DNA from: Vicinamibacterales bacterium
Lineage (GTDB): Bacteria > Acidobacteriota > Vicinamibacteria > Vicinamibacterales > UBA8438
Direction of reading: 5' to 3'
Assembly (NCBI GenBank): GCA_965222905.1
Contig: OZ244976.1
Span: forward strand, 7,301,261 to 7,365,260
Length of the DNA: 64,000 nucleotides
In this document: one piece after another, positions 1-12,531 of the stretch
Layout: every line of letters begins with the position of its first letter
Numbering within the stretch: the stretch's first letter is position 1
Program-made: the position numbers and the translations under genes
The notes under the pieces: model-generated
The model's database searches: none
The model's input: the letters and a program-made list of their open reading frames with translations, nothing else
What the model was told of the DNA's origin: nothing

Positions 1-516
1 CTCGAGACCGCGGAGAAGGCGCGCGAGATGTACGCGCTCTACGCGGCCGTGGCCGGCGGCCTCGAGGTGGACCCGGAGCGGTCGCTGGCCGAGGTGGACG
101 CCGACTACGCCACCATGACGGAGGTGGCCGACACCCTGCTCCGCCACGCCGACATCCCCTTCCGCGAGGGCCACCACTACGCGTCCGAGCTGACCGAGTA
201 CGGCCGCGCCAGCGGCAAGCGCCCCAAGGAGCTGACCGCCGAGGAGCTGCTGCACGTCTACGAGGAGACCTACGGCGAGCCGCTGCCGGTCAGCGTCGAC
301 CGGATTCGCGAGGCGCTCGACCCGGAGCAGATGGTGGCCGGACGGCGCGGGCTCGGCGGCCCGCAGCCGGCGGAGACGCGGCGCATGCTGCGGGAGGGCC
401 GGGAGCGGATGAATGCCAGCCGCGGCTGGCTCGCAACGGCGCGCGACGCGCTTCTGGATGCCGAGTCGGCGCTCGAGGCCTCGTTCACCGCGCTGGCGGC
501 CGGCGCCGGGAAATAG
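1..516 (+). CDS. argH: Argininosuccinate lyase family protein, C-terminal part (5' end outside window)
   Basis: Frame open from base 1; 'YATMTEVADTL...IPFREGHH' matches the ASL C-terminal 'ATxxADxL...vPFRxAH' motif and ends with 'GGPQP'. Confidence 0.7.
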   Translation, partial: LETAEKAREMYALYAAVAGGLEVDPERSLAEVDADYATMTEVADTLLRHADIPFREGHHYASELTEYGRASGKRPKELTAEELLHVYEETYGEPLPVSVDRIREALDPEQMVAGRRGLGGPQPAETRRMLREGRERMNASRGWLATARDALLDAESALEASFTALAAGAGK

Positions 517-830
517 TCACCGGACTTCGAGGCACGATCGGATTCGAGAGGTCACGGCTTGACGAAACGAGAACCTGACCGACCTGTCGACGAGTCATGC
601 CCCACTCGCCACAACGAAGCGGAGTATCCGCAGCCGGAGTTGAAGGGGACCGTCACGGTGACCGGTGACATCATCCGGCCGGCGGTGCCGGAAGACCACT
701 GGGAGAGTCTACGACAGCCCCACCACACGCACCGATGAATACACAAGTCGGTCGGACAGAACCGTCCGTGGTGTATCGTGACGTCTCTCGACCCACCGGC
801 GGTGTTCGTCACCCGGAGGAGGTTTCCCAG

Positions 831-3515
<2,685 letters not shown>

Positions 3516-3535
3516 GAGCTTGACGTCGACGGGCC

Positions 3536-3552
3536 GTAAAACATGGTTTTAC
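3536..3552. promoter_or_regulatory. Palindromic operator GTAAAAC-atg-GTTTTAC upstream of the AbrB-Doc operon
   Basis: Perfect 7-bp inverted repeat 3 nt before the antitoxin ATG; TTGACG -35-like hexamer at 3520-3525. Confidence 0.6.
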
Positions 3553-3555
3553 AAC

Positions 3556-3783
3556 ATGACGAAGACGATTACCCGGATCGGCAACTCGCAGGGCATCATC
3601 TTCGACGCGGCCCTGATGGACCTGGCTCGCCTCAAGGTGGGAGACCAGGTAACGGTCAGTCTCCACGAGGGAGGCTCCCTCGTGTTGACGCCGGTACGCC
3701 CGGTAGTCGGCCCGGAGAAGGCCGCGGCGACGTCCAGGCGGCTGATCGAGAAGAACGCGGAGCTGTTTCGTCGCCTGTCTTGA
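3556..3783 (+). CDS. AbrB/MazE-fold antitoxin
   Basis: 'MTKTITRIGNSQGIIF...LKVGDQV' swapped-hairpin signature; TTGA overlap with the toxin. Confidence 0.85.
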   Translation: MTKTITRIGNSQGIIFDAALMDLARLKVGDQVTVSLHEGGSLVLTPVRPVVGPEKAAATSRRLIEKNAELFRRLS

Positions 3784-4184
3784 AGCCGCCGCTGCTCCAC
3801 CCGACCGTGTCGGCGGTGAAGGCGATCCACGCGGAGGTCCTGGCCGTCCATGGCGGGGCGGCCGGAATCCGGAGCGAGGGGTTGCTGGAGTCCGCGGTGG
3901 CCGCACCGCAGGCTACGATGATGGGTGAGCCGCTGCTCGCGGACCCCGTGGAAATCGCGGCGGCGTACCTCTTCGATCTGTGCCGGAATCACGCGTTCGT
4001 GGACGGCAACAAGCGCGTGGCGCTCGCCACCTGTCTGGTCTTTCTCAGTGAGAACGATCTATTGCCGAACGAGCATCTGGACGTGGACGCCTGGGAGGCG
4101 CTTACGCTGGATGTAGCCGCCAGTCGCCTGGACAGATCCCAGACCACGGCGCGCGTGCGACAAATCCTCACCAGCTCGACCTGA
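3780..4184 (+). CDS. doc: Fic/Doc family toxin (death-on-curing)
   Basis: HAFVDGNKR Fic motif; 'GIRSEGLLESAVAAP' Doc N-terminal motif; TTG start overlaps the antitoxin stop. Confidence 0.88.
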   Translation: MKPPLLHPTVSAVKAIHAEVLAVHGGAAGIRSEGLLESAVAAPQATMMGEPLLADPVEIAAAYLFDLCRNHAFVDGNKRVALATCLVFLSENDLLPNEHLDVDAWEALTLDVAASRLDRSQTTARVRQILTSST

Positions 4185-4224
4185 ACGGCGTTTCGCGGTA
4201 GTCCGCGCACGGCACTCGGGCGGG

Positions 4225-6045
4225 CTACTGCCGCGGCGCATCGGGTCCGGGTGCGAACCGTGCCCGCAGATAGTCGGCGAACGCTGCGTCGAACGCGGCC
4301 GGCGTCAGCCCGAGGACATCCTGGTAGGGACCCGCAGCCCGCTCACCGGCCGTTCCGAACGCGCGCATGAAAGCGGTGACCGCTTCCCGACCCCATTCGG
4401 CTTCGACGAAGTCGAACGCGGCGTGCCCGAGGGCGTACACCACGCGCGGGTTCTCGAAGCCGGCGCGGCCCTCGACGGTGGACATCGCCGGGACAGCGCC
4501 CGATTCCACGAGTCCCCGGAGCACGTCCTCGTCCGCTTCCGACCACGTCCCCATCCCGTAGTCCGCGAGGCCTTCGTCGACCCAGAGGGGCACGCCGACG
4601 CCGGGATCGGCACGCGGGACCGCCTCGAAGGCGAAGACGTGAGTCAGTTCGTGGGCGATGCGATCCACGAGGCCGTCTCCCCACTCCTCGACGAGCACCA
4701 CGATCCGGTTCGCGGTCGGCTCGGAGAACGAGCTGATCCCGGTCAGGTTCGCTCCCGGCGCGACGTCCTGCCGCTCGAACTCCTCGCGTGTGCCGAAGAC
4801 GATCAACGGCACCTTGAACGACAGTTCTTCGGCGAGGCGTTCGCTTACCCACCGGTGCGCCCGCTCGGCCGCCGCCTCGAGGCGATCGATGTCGTCCGCC
4901 AGCGCCGCCCCGTAACGAATCTCGAAGTGCTCCGTCTCCGACTCACGCCAGTCGGCCGCAGCCGCCGGACCGGCCGCCTGGGCGCCCTGCGCCGGACCTG
5001 TACCGGCAGCCCGGACAGCGTCGCCTGCACTACCGCGCGGCCACACCGCGGCGCCGGATCCGGCGCAGAGCGCCAGCGCCACTGCCCATGCCGCGACCCG
5101 TCTGCCGACGCGCGGCCGGGCGTCGGACGGCCGGTCCAGGATCCGCCGCACGCGCCCGCTGAGCGGACCGTCGGCCGCGCCGAGGACCGGCGCCGCCTCG
5201 CCTCCGCGCCACTCCTCCAGGGCGGCCAGGGCCGACGCATAGCCGACGCGGTCGCCGCTCACCAGGAGCGCGACGTCGTCGCAGCAATGCTCCCGTTCCG
5301 CCCGAATCCGGCCCGACACCCACCAGACGGCCGGCTGGAAGAAGAGGAGGGTCTCCCCGAACGATTGCAACAGGTTGACGAGGTAGTCATGCCGGCGGAC
5401 GTGGGCCAGCTCGTGCGCGAGGATGGCCTCGACCTGAGCCGGCGTCAGATTGGCGAGGGCGGCGACGGGCAGGAGGATGATCGGCCGCATCCAGCCGACG
5501 ACGGTCGGCGTGCCGACGAGGCGCGACTCCACGACCCGCACCGCGTCCACGAGGCCGAGGCGTGACGCCAGCCGCGCCGCCGCCGCCTGCCAGCGCGAGG
5601 CCGGAGCCGCAAGTCCGGCCTCGTGGAGCCGGTGCACCCGCCACAGTCCGCCGCCCGTCCGCACCAGCAGCAGGGAGACCCCGGCGAGCCACACGGCCAC
5701 GACCCCCTGCAGCGCCGCGGCGAGGCGCGCATGGAGGGCGGCGCCCAGCGAGTCGCGGGCGACGAGCGCATGGCCTCCCGGCGAGCGATTGCCCAGCTCG
5801 CGGGCCGCCACCCGGTCCGCGGGCCGGAGCGGCTCGACCGTACGCGCCGCCTGCCACAGGATCGCCGCGGTCACCACGGGAGCGGCGAGCAGCGTCACCA
5901 GACCACCGGAGGCGACCGCGTAGCGTGCATTCGCCGACCGGCGCCGGCAGAGCCACAGGACGCCCGCGATGGCCAAGCCGAGGAGGGCTCCCAGCCAGAC
6001 GAAGTGCAGCAGCGTCCAACCGGTGATCTCGATCCAGTCTCTCAT
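4225..6045 (-). CDS. BlaR1-like M56 peptidase with C-terminal peptidase MA-like (gluzincin) domain
   Basis: 'GWTLLHFVW', 'HELAHVRRHD...EREHCCDD' (M56); second 'HELTH...WVDEGLA' motif after a TM segment; SD GGGAGG. Confidence 0.85.
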   Translation of the reverse strand: MRDWIEITGWTLLHFVWLGALLGLAIAGVLWLCRRRSANARYAVASGGLVTLLAAPVVTAAILWQAARTVEPLRPADRVAARELGNRSPGGHALVARDSLGAALHARLAAALQGVVAVWLAGVSLLLVRTGGGLWRVHRLHEAGLAAPASRWQAAAARLASRLGLVDAVRVVESRLVGTPTVVGWMRPIILLPVAALANLTPAQVEAILAHELAHVRRHDYLVNLLQSFGETLLFFQPAVWWVSGRIRAEREHCCDDVALLVSGDRVGYASALAALEEWRGGEAAPVLGAADGPLSGRVRRILDRPSDARPRVGRRVAAWAVALALCAGSGAAVWPRGSAGDAVRAAGTGPAQGAQAAGPAAAADWRESETEHFEIRYGAALADDIDRLEAAAERAHRWVSERLAEELSFKVPLIVFGTREEFERQDVAPGANLTGISSFSEPTANRIVVLVEEWGDGLVDRIAHELTHVFAFEAVPRADPGVGVPLWVDEGLADYGMGTWSEADEDVLRGLVESGAVPAMSTVEGRAGFENPRVVYALGHAAFDFVEAEWGREAVTAFMRAFGTAGERAAGPYQDVLGLTPAAFDAAFADYLRARFAPGPDAPRQ

Positions 6046-6106
6046 GGCGCTCCCTCCCGTTCCCCTCGCGCTCGAACTCGAATCCTCTTGCCGCTTCCGA
6101 TCGAAA

Positions 6107-6481
6107 TCACGCGGTCGTATCGTGCTCCGCCAGCCACCGGCGGATTTCGGCGAGCTCCTCGGGCGACGCCTTCTTCGCGGCCAGCGCCTGCACCACCAGT
6201 CTCGCCGCCGACCCGCCGAAGGCGCGGTCGGCCAGATCCCGCACGAGCTGCCGCTGGGTCGCGCGCTCGGACCGCGCCGCGCGGTAGACATGCGTGCGCG
6301 AGGACTCGTCCCGACGCACCAGGCCCTTGTCGATCATGATCTGCAGCAGCTTCAACACGGTCGTGTAGGCGCTCTCACGCCCCATCTCTTCCGCGACGTC
6401 GCGGACCGTGCTCGGCCCCTGCGCCCACAGGACGCGCAGGATGGCGAGCTCGGCGTCGGTCGGTCGTCGGCGGGCGGTCAT
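6107..6481 (-). CDS. BlaI/MecI/CopY family transcriptional repressor
   Basis: 'PTDAELAILRVLW...STVRDV...YTTVLKLLQIMIDKGLV...FGGSAARLV'. Confidence 0.92.
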   Translation of the reverse strand: MTARRRPTDAELAILRVLWAQGPSTVRDVAEEMGRESAYTTVLKLLQIMIDKGLVRRDESSRTHVYRAARSERATQRQLVRDLADRAFGGSAARLVVQALAAKKASPEELAEIRRWLAEHDTTA

Positions 6482-6489
6482 GACCAATC

Positions 6490-6557
6490 TACGAAATAGT
6501 TCGTAGATTCCACAATACGAAATAGTTCGTAGACTTGTCAATACGAAGATCGTCGTA
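6490..6557 (-). promoter_or_regulatory. Sigma70-type promoter (TTGACA 6541-6536, TATTGT 6517-6512) overlapped by three TACGA-N6-TCGTA operators
   Basis: Boxes start at 6490, 6516 and 6542 (exact 26-bp period); the first two are identical. Confidence 0.8.
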
Positions 6558-6668
6558 CGTTGGAGCCGGCCACGCTCCGGCGTGAGGCAGCGTGACGCGT
6601 TCAGGCTGGGCGGTTCGGTGACGGCACGCGGCGCCACGCGACCGCGACCGGCCGAGCGCGGCGGAGGC

Positions 6669-7781
6669 TCACTTGCCGGTCGACTGCAAGGCCTGTCTGG
6701 CGATCCGCTCGAGCCGCGGTTGAATGGACGACATCACGGCCGCGAACACCACCAGTGCCCAGCCCACGGCCAGGATTACCTGGACACCCACGAGCAGCCA
6801 CGCGGCGGCCGAGACGGGGGCGATGCCGGGATAGTTCTGGGCCAGCGCCCGGAAGAACGCGAAAGCGACCCACTCGCCGATGCCGGCGTTCTCGGCGCCC
6901 GCGAACGCGCCGGGACGGAAGCGGGCCAGCATGCCGCCGAAGCCGGCGAACACGACGATGATCGCCAGATACCCGATCGCGAAGCCGCCGATCGGGATCC
7001 ACATGACGCGCAGGTATTCGGCGAGCTGCCGGTAGACCTGTAGGCGCGGCTGCGCCCACGCCGCGGCGGCGCGGGCGGCCAGGAACGCGCCGATCGGAAC
7101 GGCGACCATCGCCGCCGGTACCGTCACCGCCGCGTGCAGGAGCGCTTCGGTGCGCAGCAGGCCGCCGCGAAGCCCTTCGTGCATGACGCCGTCGACTGCG
7201 TATGCCAGGACCGCGAGCGACCCGAACGCCAGCAGCAAGGGTGGCCGCGCAAAGTCCCACCCTGCCCTTCCGGCGGCGAAGGCGCCGGCGATGAGCGCGG
7301 TCGGCGGCGTCACCAGGAAGCACGACAGAAGACCGCCGACGCCCAGCGCGGGCAGCAGGCCGGCGCCGATCAGGGTGGACATCGCCAGCGTCTCGACGAC
7401 CGCGTCCCGGTATCCCCGCAGACGGGACGTCCCGAGCCCGTCGACCAGCCCGACGGCGAGCGCCACGAGCGGCGGCACGATCCACATGACGCCGTTCCCC
7501 GGAACGAGACCGGCAAGCAGGGCCGCGGCCATCCCGGCGACCGCACCGACCAGGATTCCCGCGGAACGCCCGACACGCTCGCGCATGCGCAGGCTGAGCC
7601 CGACACCGACCGCAAGACCGCAACCGGCTGCCAACAGCACGTCGTTGTGCACGCCGGTGACCGCGTACGCGAACGGGACGACGACGACGACAAGGGGGGC
7701 GGCGACCTGCAACGAGCGCCACGCCGCGCGGAGCAGCTTGCCGGCGGACGCGCCGCCGCGCTGCCGTGCTATTTGCAACAT
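6669..7781 (-). CDS. Multi-pass membrane protein with C-terminal ion-channel pore-like (Ion_trans_2-like) domain
   Basis: Many hydrophobic helices; 'FAFFRALAQNYPGIAPVS' aligns with the 'FSFVTLTTLGYGDITPVS' pore signature; paralog of 8571-9713. Confidence 0.6.
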   Translation of the reverse strand: MLQIARQRGGASAGKLLRAAWRSLQVAAPLVVVVVPFAYAVTGVHNDVLLAAGCGLAVGVGLSLRMRERVGRSAGILVGAVAGMAAALLAGLVPGNGVMWIVPPLVALAVGLVDGLGTSRLRGYRDAVVETLAMSTLIGAGLLPALGVGGLLSCFLVTPPTALIAGAFAAGRAGWDFARPPLLLAFGSLAVLAYAVDGVMHEGLRGGLLRTEALLHAAVTVPAAMVAVPIGAFLAARAAAAWAQPRLQVYRQLAEYLRVMWIPIGGFAIGYLAIIVVFAGFGGMLARFRPGAFAGAENAGIGEWVAFAFFRALAQNYPGIAPVSAAAWLLVGVQVILAVGWALVVFAAVMSSIQPRLERIARQALQSTGK

Positions 7782-7903
7782 GCAGTCGGCGGATGGTAGC
7801 ACGGAGGTTCGGATGGACGCCCGGACCGGCGTCGAGCATGATCATGACAATCCCCGTCCTCCTCGACCCGCTGCCGGCATTCGGCAACGGCCGGAATACC
7901 GAG

Positions 7904-8392
7904 ATGATCACCATCCGACACGCCAACGCCGCGGACCTCCCGTTCATCGCCGGGGTCATGAACCACTACATCGCGACCTCGACCTGCACCTTCCATCTCG
8001 CGCCGCGCACGCCGGAGGAATACGGCGGGTGGTTCAGAGACCGGACCGACGCCCATCCGGTGACCGTGGCGGAGCTCGATGCCGACACGGCAGGATTCGC
8101 ATACCTGTCGCCGTGGCGGCCGCGCGAGGCGTACCGTCGTTCGGTCGAGGGCTCGGTCTACGTCCACCCGGGGCGGCATCGCCGGGGCGTCGGGCGGGCG
8201 CTCCTGACGGACCTGATCGCGCGGGCGCGGGCGCTCGGTCACCGCACCCTGATCGGCGGGACCTGCACCGAAGCCGAGGCCAGCCTCGCCCTGCAGCGCG
8301 CGCTCGGCTTCCGGACGGTCGGCGTGCTGAAGAAGGTCGGCTACAAGTTCGGGCGCTGGCTCGACGTCGAGCATACCCAGTTGATGCTGTGA
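7904..8392 (+). CDS. GNAT N-acetyltransferase, phosphinothricin/methionine sulfoximine (YncA/Pat) type
   Basis: 'EGSVYVHPGRHRRGVGRALL', 'VGYKFGRWLDV'. Confidence 0.88.
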   Translation: MITIRHANAADLPFIAGVMNHYIATSTCTFHLAPRTPEEYGGWFRDRTDAHPVTVAELDADTAGFAYLSPWRPREAYRRSVEGSVYVHPGRHRRGVGRALLTDLIARARALGHRTLIGGTCTEAEASLALQRALGFRTVGVLKKVGYKFGRWLDVEHTQLML

Positions 8393-8570
8393 GGCGAGAC
8401 CCGCGAAGCCGTGAGGTCGGGAAAGCCCACGGGAGACTGCGAGCAGGCGGTGCGCTACGACTCAAATGGGCAATACGACAACGACCGCCCACTCCGATCG
8501 GCATCGCCGGGGGGCGTATCCGAAGGCGACGACGACAGCCGTGCGTCCCGTCGAGTCCGCGGCAGCGGCT

Positions 8571-9713
8571 TCAGTCACCCTGCCGCTCCGCATCGCGCCG
8601 CGCGATCCGTTCGAGCTGCGGCTGGATGAACGCCATGACGGCCGCGAACACCACGAGCGCCCAGCCGATGGAAGGAATCAACTGTGCGCCCACCAGCGCC
8701 TGCGCGCCGGCCGAGACCGGAACGATGCCCGAGTAGTCACGTCCCACGCCGGTGAAGAACGCGAACGACACCCAGGTCATGATGCCGGCATCCTCGCCGA
8801 CCCCGGTGAAGGCGCCGGGGCTGAAATGCGCCAGCATGCCGTAGAACCCGGCGAAGAGGACGATGATGACCATGTAGCCGATCGCGAAGCCGCCGATGGG
8901 GACCCACATCACGCGCAGGTAGGCGGCGAGCTGGCCGTAGATCAGCAGGCGCGGGTCGAGCCAGAGGGCGGCGGCGCGCGCAACGAGGAATACGGCAAGC
9001 GGCACGGCGATGGTGGACTCCGCTATGGACCACGCGGCAGGTCCGATGCCGGCCGCTTCCCCGGCGTCCACCAGCAGGAGGCTGAGCGACACCGTCATGA
9101 CGAGAGCCGTGAGAATCAGCAACGCCGGGGGCCGGGCGAAGCGTTTCCCGTCTGCAGTCCGGGTGAAGAACCCGGCGATCAGGGCCATCGCCGGCACGAA
9201 GCACCAGGGCATGAAGAACAACACCCCGGTGTCCGGGACGAAGGCGAGCCCCGTCAGCATCAGGCTCACGATGGACGCTTCTCGAACGGCGTCGCGATAA
9301 CCCTGCAGGCGGGGTTCCCCGAAACCGTCGATCATGGCCATCGCCAGGGCCATGGCGGGTGGCAGGGTGTTGAACGGCCCCTGGAAAGTCGGGGGCAGGC
9401 TGACGAGAATCTGCACCGTGGCCAGTCCGACGACGGACCCGATCAGCAACCCGAGCCACGCCCGTTCCGGACGGTGAGTGCGAAGCGCCAAGCCGATGCC
9501 GACGACGAGACCGTAGCCCGCCCCCCTCACCACCTGGATGTAGTCGCCGGAGGCCGCGTAGCCGAACGGCACGACGACGAAGATCACGCCGGCGGCGATC
9601 AGCACGCATCGCCAAGCCATGCGAGCTGCGGCAACCGCACGGTCGGGGAACGCAATGCGTCGAGACGTGCCCGACCGATCCGGATGGATCGTGCGCTCCG
9701 CGCCGTCTTCCAT
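8571..9713 (-). CDS. Membrane protein with pore-like C-terminal domain, paralog of 6669-7781
   Basis: Shares 'YLRVMW.PIGGFAIGY...GWALVVFAAVM..IQP.LERIAR'; filter position reads 'VGRDYSG'. Confidence 0.6.
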   Translation of the reverse strand: MEDGAERTIHPDRSGTSRRIAFPDRAVAAARMAWRCVLIAAGVIFVVVPFGYAASGDYIQVVRGAGYGLVVGIGLALRTHRPERAWLGLLIGSVVGLATVQILVSLPPTFQGPFNTLPPAMALAMAMIDGFGEPRLQGYRDAVREASIVSLMLTGLAFVPDTGVLFFMPWCFVPAMALIAGFFTRTADGKRFARPPALLILTALVMTVSLSLLLVDAGEAAGIGPAAWSIAESTIAVPLAVFLVARAAALWLDPRLLIYGQLAAYLRVMWVPIGGFAIGYMVIIVLFAGFYGMLAHFSPGAFTGVGEDAGIMTWVSFAFFTGVGRDYSGIVPVSAGAQALVGAQLIPSIGWALVVFAAVMAFIQPQLERIARRDAERQGD

Positions 9714-9719
9714 CGGGGC

Positions 9720-11183
9720 CTACCGCGGAGGCTCGGGAGCCGTCGGCGACGTGGCGCCGAGGTCGAGCAGCAGCGCCTCCATGTCCGGCCAGCGCCGCCC
9801 GAGATTGGCGTAGAAGATGCCCTGGGCGATGGTCAGGGGCGTCCAGCGCCGCTCGTTGACCGGGTTGAGGGCGGCGCCGTGCTCCAGCAGGTAGAGGACC
9901 AGCTCCGACGAGCCGCGCATCACGGCGCCGTGGAGCGCCGCGTCGCCGTTGTCGTCGACGGTGGTGACGGAATCGCCGAGCTCGACCATCAGCTTCACCG
10001 CCTCGAGCGCCTCCCCGGCGCTGCCGGGGCTCTCGCTCGACGACCAGATGCCGACGCCGGCCGCCACGAGCAACGCGGTGGTGCCGTCCTCGTTCGCGAG
10101 CAGCGGGTCCGCGCCCAGCTCCAGCAGCAGGCGCATCATCTCCACGTCGACCGCCTTGGTGGCGAGCAGGAACGGCGTGGCGCCGTTGCGGTTGAGCATG
10201 TTGCGGTAGCCGTCGCGCGGCTCCGCCGTCTGGCGGGCGTCGACGTCGGCGCCGTGGGCGACGAACGCGCGGGCCAGCTCCAGGTCGGTCACCGTCCCGG
10301 TCGGGAACGCGGCCGGGTTGTTGTAGTGCCGGTTCGGACGGCGGGTCCAGACGAGCTGGTGCAGCGGCGTCCAGCCCGGCTCGGCCGCAGCCGGATCGGC
10401 GCCGTGTCCCAGAAGCTGCAGCGCCACGTCGTAGTGCGCGTTGATGACCGCCAGGTGCAGCGGGCTGGTGCCGTCCGGCAGCGTGAGGTCGATGTCGGCC
10501 CCGGCCCCGACCAGCGCCTCGACGGTGTCGGCATGGCCGGCGCGCACGGCGAACGCGAGTGGCGTGAACCCCCCGTCGGAACGGGCGTCGACGTCCGCAC
10601 CGGCCGCCACCAGGGGTGTGACGACCTCGGCGTGCCCCTCGGCCGACGCCCACATCAAGGCCGTCTGGCCGCGCCATCCCTCTCGCGCATCGACCCCGGC
10701 GCCGGCGCCGTGCCGCAGCAGCGCGGTCACGCTGTCGACGACGCCGGTCCGGGAAGCGACCATCAGCGGGGTCTCGCCCTGCGGCGAGGCGCGATTCGGA
10801 TCCGCCCCGCCACCCAACAGCGTCTCCACCACCGCCGCATGCCCGCGCGCGGAGGCCAGGGCGAGCGGCGTCACCCCGTGGCGTGTCGCGGCATCGACTT
10901 CCCCGCCGGCACGCAGCAGCCGTCCGACCGCCGCCGAATCCCCGTCGTGCGCCGCCCGGTGCAGCGCAGTTGCGTCATCGGCCCGTTGCGCCGAGGCGAT
11001 CGAGGCGAATCCGATACCCGCCGCGAGCGCGACAAGTGCAACCGCGCCCCACCTCGGTAGCCGGCGGCAAGCTCCGCGCAGCATGCCCACTCCCGAGCGG
11101 GGCTTTGGCCACGGGCTGCCAGCCATCAGGGAAACCGCGCCGATGTGCATCATGCCAATCCAGCCACACACCCGGCTACACAT
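9720..11183 (-). CDS. Secreted ankyrin-repeat protein (start uncertain, may be downstream)
   Basis: About 10 repeats of the 'G.TPL..A...G....V..LL..GAD' type. Confidence 0.88.
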   Translation of the reverse strand: MCSRVCGWIGMMHIGAVSLMAGSPWPKPRSGVGMLRGACRRLPRWGAVALVALAAGIGFASIASAQRADDATALHRAAHDGDSAAVGRLLRAGGEVDAATRHGVTPLALASARGHAAVVETLLGGGADPNRASPQGETPLMVASRTGVVDSVTALLRHGAGAGVDAREGWRGQTALMWASAEGHAEVVTPLVAAGADVDARSDGGFTPLAFAVRAGHADTVEALVGAGADIDLTLPDGTSPLHLAVINAHYDVALQLLGHGADPAAAEPGWTPLHQLVWTRRPNRHYNNPAAFPTGTVTDLELARAFVAHGADVDARQTAEPRDGYRNMLNRNGATPFLLATKAVDVEMMRLLLELGADPLLANEDGTTALLVAAGVGIWSSSESPGSAGEALEAVKLMVELGDSVTTVDDNGDAALHGAVMRGSSELVLYLLEHGAALNPVNERRWTPLTIAQGIFYANLGRRWPDMEALLLDLGATSPTAPEPPR

Positions 11184-12531
11184 TGGCCAGCCGAGCCAGC
11201 TCCTTAAGCCGCCCCGTGCTGTCGCCGAGCCCGTCGTCGAGCCGGATCCCCGCCTTGTCGAGCTGGCTGGCGAGCAGGTTCGTCATCGGCGTGTCCCGCG
11301 GATACTGCAGGTGCCGCCCGCCCTTCAGGTGTCCGCCGCCGCCGCCGACCAGCATCAGCGGCAGGTCGTAGTGCAGGTGCTTGTTGCTGTCGCTGAGCGA
11401 CGCCCCGTAGAGCAGCAGCGAGTTGTCCAGCAGCGACCCGTCGCCATCCGGCGTCGACGCCAGCGTCTCCAGGAAATCCCGGAAGAGCGTGACGTGATAC
11501 GTGTTGATCTTCGCGAGCTGGGCCAGCTTCAGCGGGTCGTAGCGGTGGTGCGAGATCCCGTGGTGCGACTCCGGAATGCCGATCTCCGGATAGGCGCGGC
11601 CGTTCAGCTCGCGGCCCAGCATGAAGGTGAAGACCCGGGTGATGTCCGCCTGCCAGGCGAGCGCGGTCAGGTCGAACATGAGGCCGACGTGCTCGGGATA
11701 GGACTCCGGAATGCCGACCGGCCGGGCGAGGTCCGGCAGCGCGGTATCGCTCTGCTCGGAGAGCTGGATACGCCGCTCGATGGCGCGCACCGCGTCGAGG
11801 TACTGCGTCACCCGCGCCCTGTCGCCCGCACCGACCTCCCGCCGCAGCCGCGCGAGATCGTCCGAGATGGCGTCGAGGATGCTGCGGTCCTTGCGGAACT
11901 GCGCCCGCCGCTCGGCCGTCGAGCCGCCCTCCCCGAAGAGGCGCTCGAACACCACGCGGGGGTTGTTCTCCATCGGCAGCGGCGTCGTCGGGTCGCGCCA
12001 CGCGATGGTGTTCATGTAGATGCAGCTATAGCCGTTCTCGCAGTTGCCCACCAGGAAGTCGCGGTCGATGGCCAGCTCCAGCGAAGGCAGCGGCGTCGTC
12101 CGCCCGAGCTGCGCGGCGGCGATCTGGTCGGCGGTCATCCCCGCCCGCACGTCGGCCCCCTCGGTCTCCTTCGGGTGGATGCCGTTCAGCCAGGTCGCCG
12201 TCGCCCGCGTGTGCTCGCCGTTGCCGTCGCCGAGCGCCTCGGCCTGCCCCTGGGCGAGCCCGCTGAGCACCACCATCCGGTCGCGGTACTCGCCGAGCGG
12301 GCCGAGCGTGGGCGACAGCTCCAACGCAGTCTTCGCCGCCGGCGTCCACGACTCCATCGCCATGCCGTTGGGCAGGTAGACCCACCCGAGGCGGCGCACC
12401 GGCTCAGCCGCGCGGAGGGCGCCGATCCCGGACAGCGCGGGGGTCATCGCATCCAGCATCGGGAGCGCCAGCGCCGCGCCGGCGCCGCGGAGGAACGTGC
12501 GCCGCGGCAGCGTCTTCCTGGTGATGATCAT
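11176..12531 (-). CDS. DUF1552 family protein (Tat-like RRTFL leader)
   Basis: 'RRTFLRGAGAALALPMLDAM', 'PMENNPRVVFERLFG', 'TPDGDGSLLDNS'; ATGA overlap with the upstream gene. Confidence 0.88.
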   Translation of the reverse strand: MIITRKTLPRRTFLRGAGAALALPMLDAMTPALSGIGALRAAEPVRRLGWVYLPNGMAMESWTPAAKTALELSPTLGPLGEYRDRMVVLSGLAQGQAEALGDGNGEHTRATATWLNGIHPKETEGADVRAGMTADQIAAAQLGRTTPLPSLELAIDRDFLVGNCENGYSCIYMNTIAWRDPTTPLPMENNPRVVFERLFGEGGSTAERRAQFRKDRSILDAISDDLARLRREVGAGDRARVTQYLDAVRAIERRIQLSEQSDTALPDLARPVGIPESYPEHVGLMFDLTALAWQADITRVFTFMLGRELNGRAYPEIGIPESHHGISHHRYDPLKLAQLAKINTYHVTLFRDFLETLASTPDGDGSLLDNSLLLYGASLSDSNKHLHYDLPLMLVGGGGGHLKGGRHLQYPRDTPMTNLLASQLDKAGIRLDDGLGDSTGRLKELARLANV

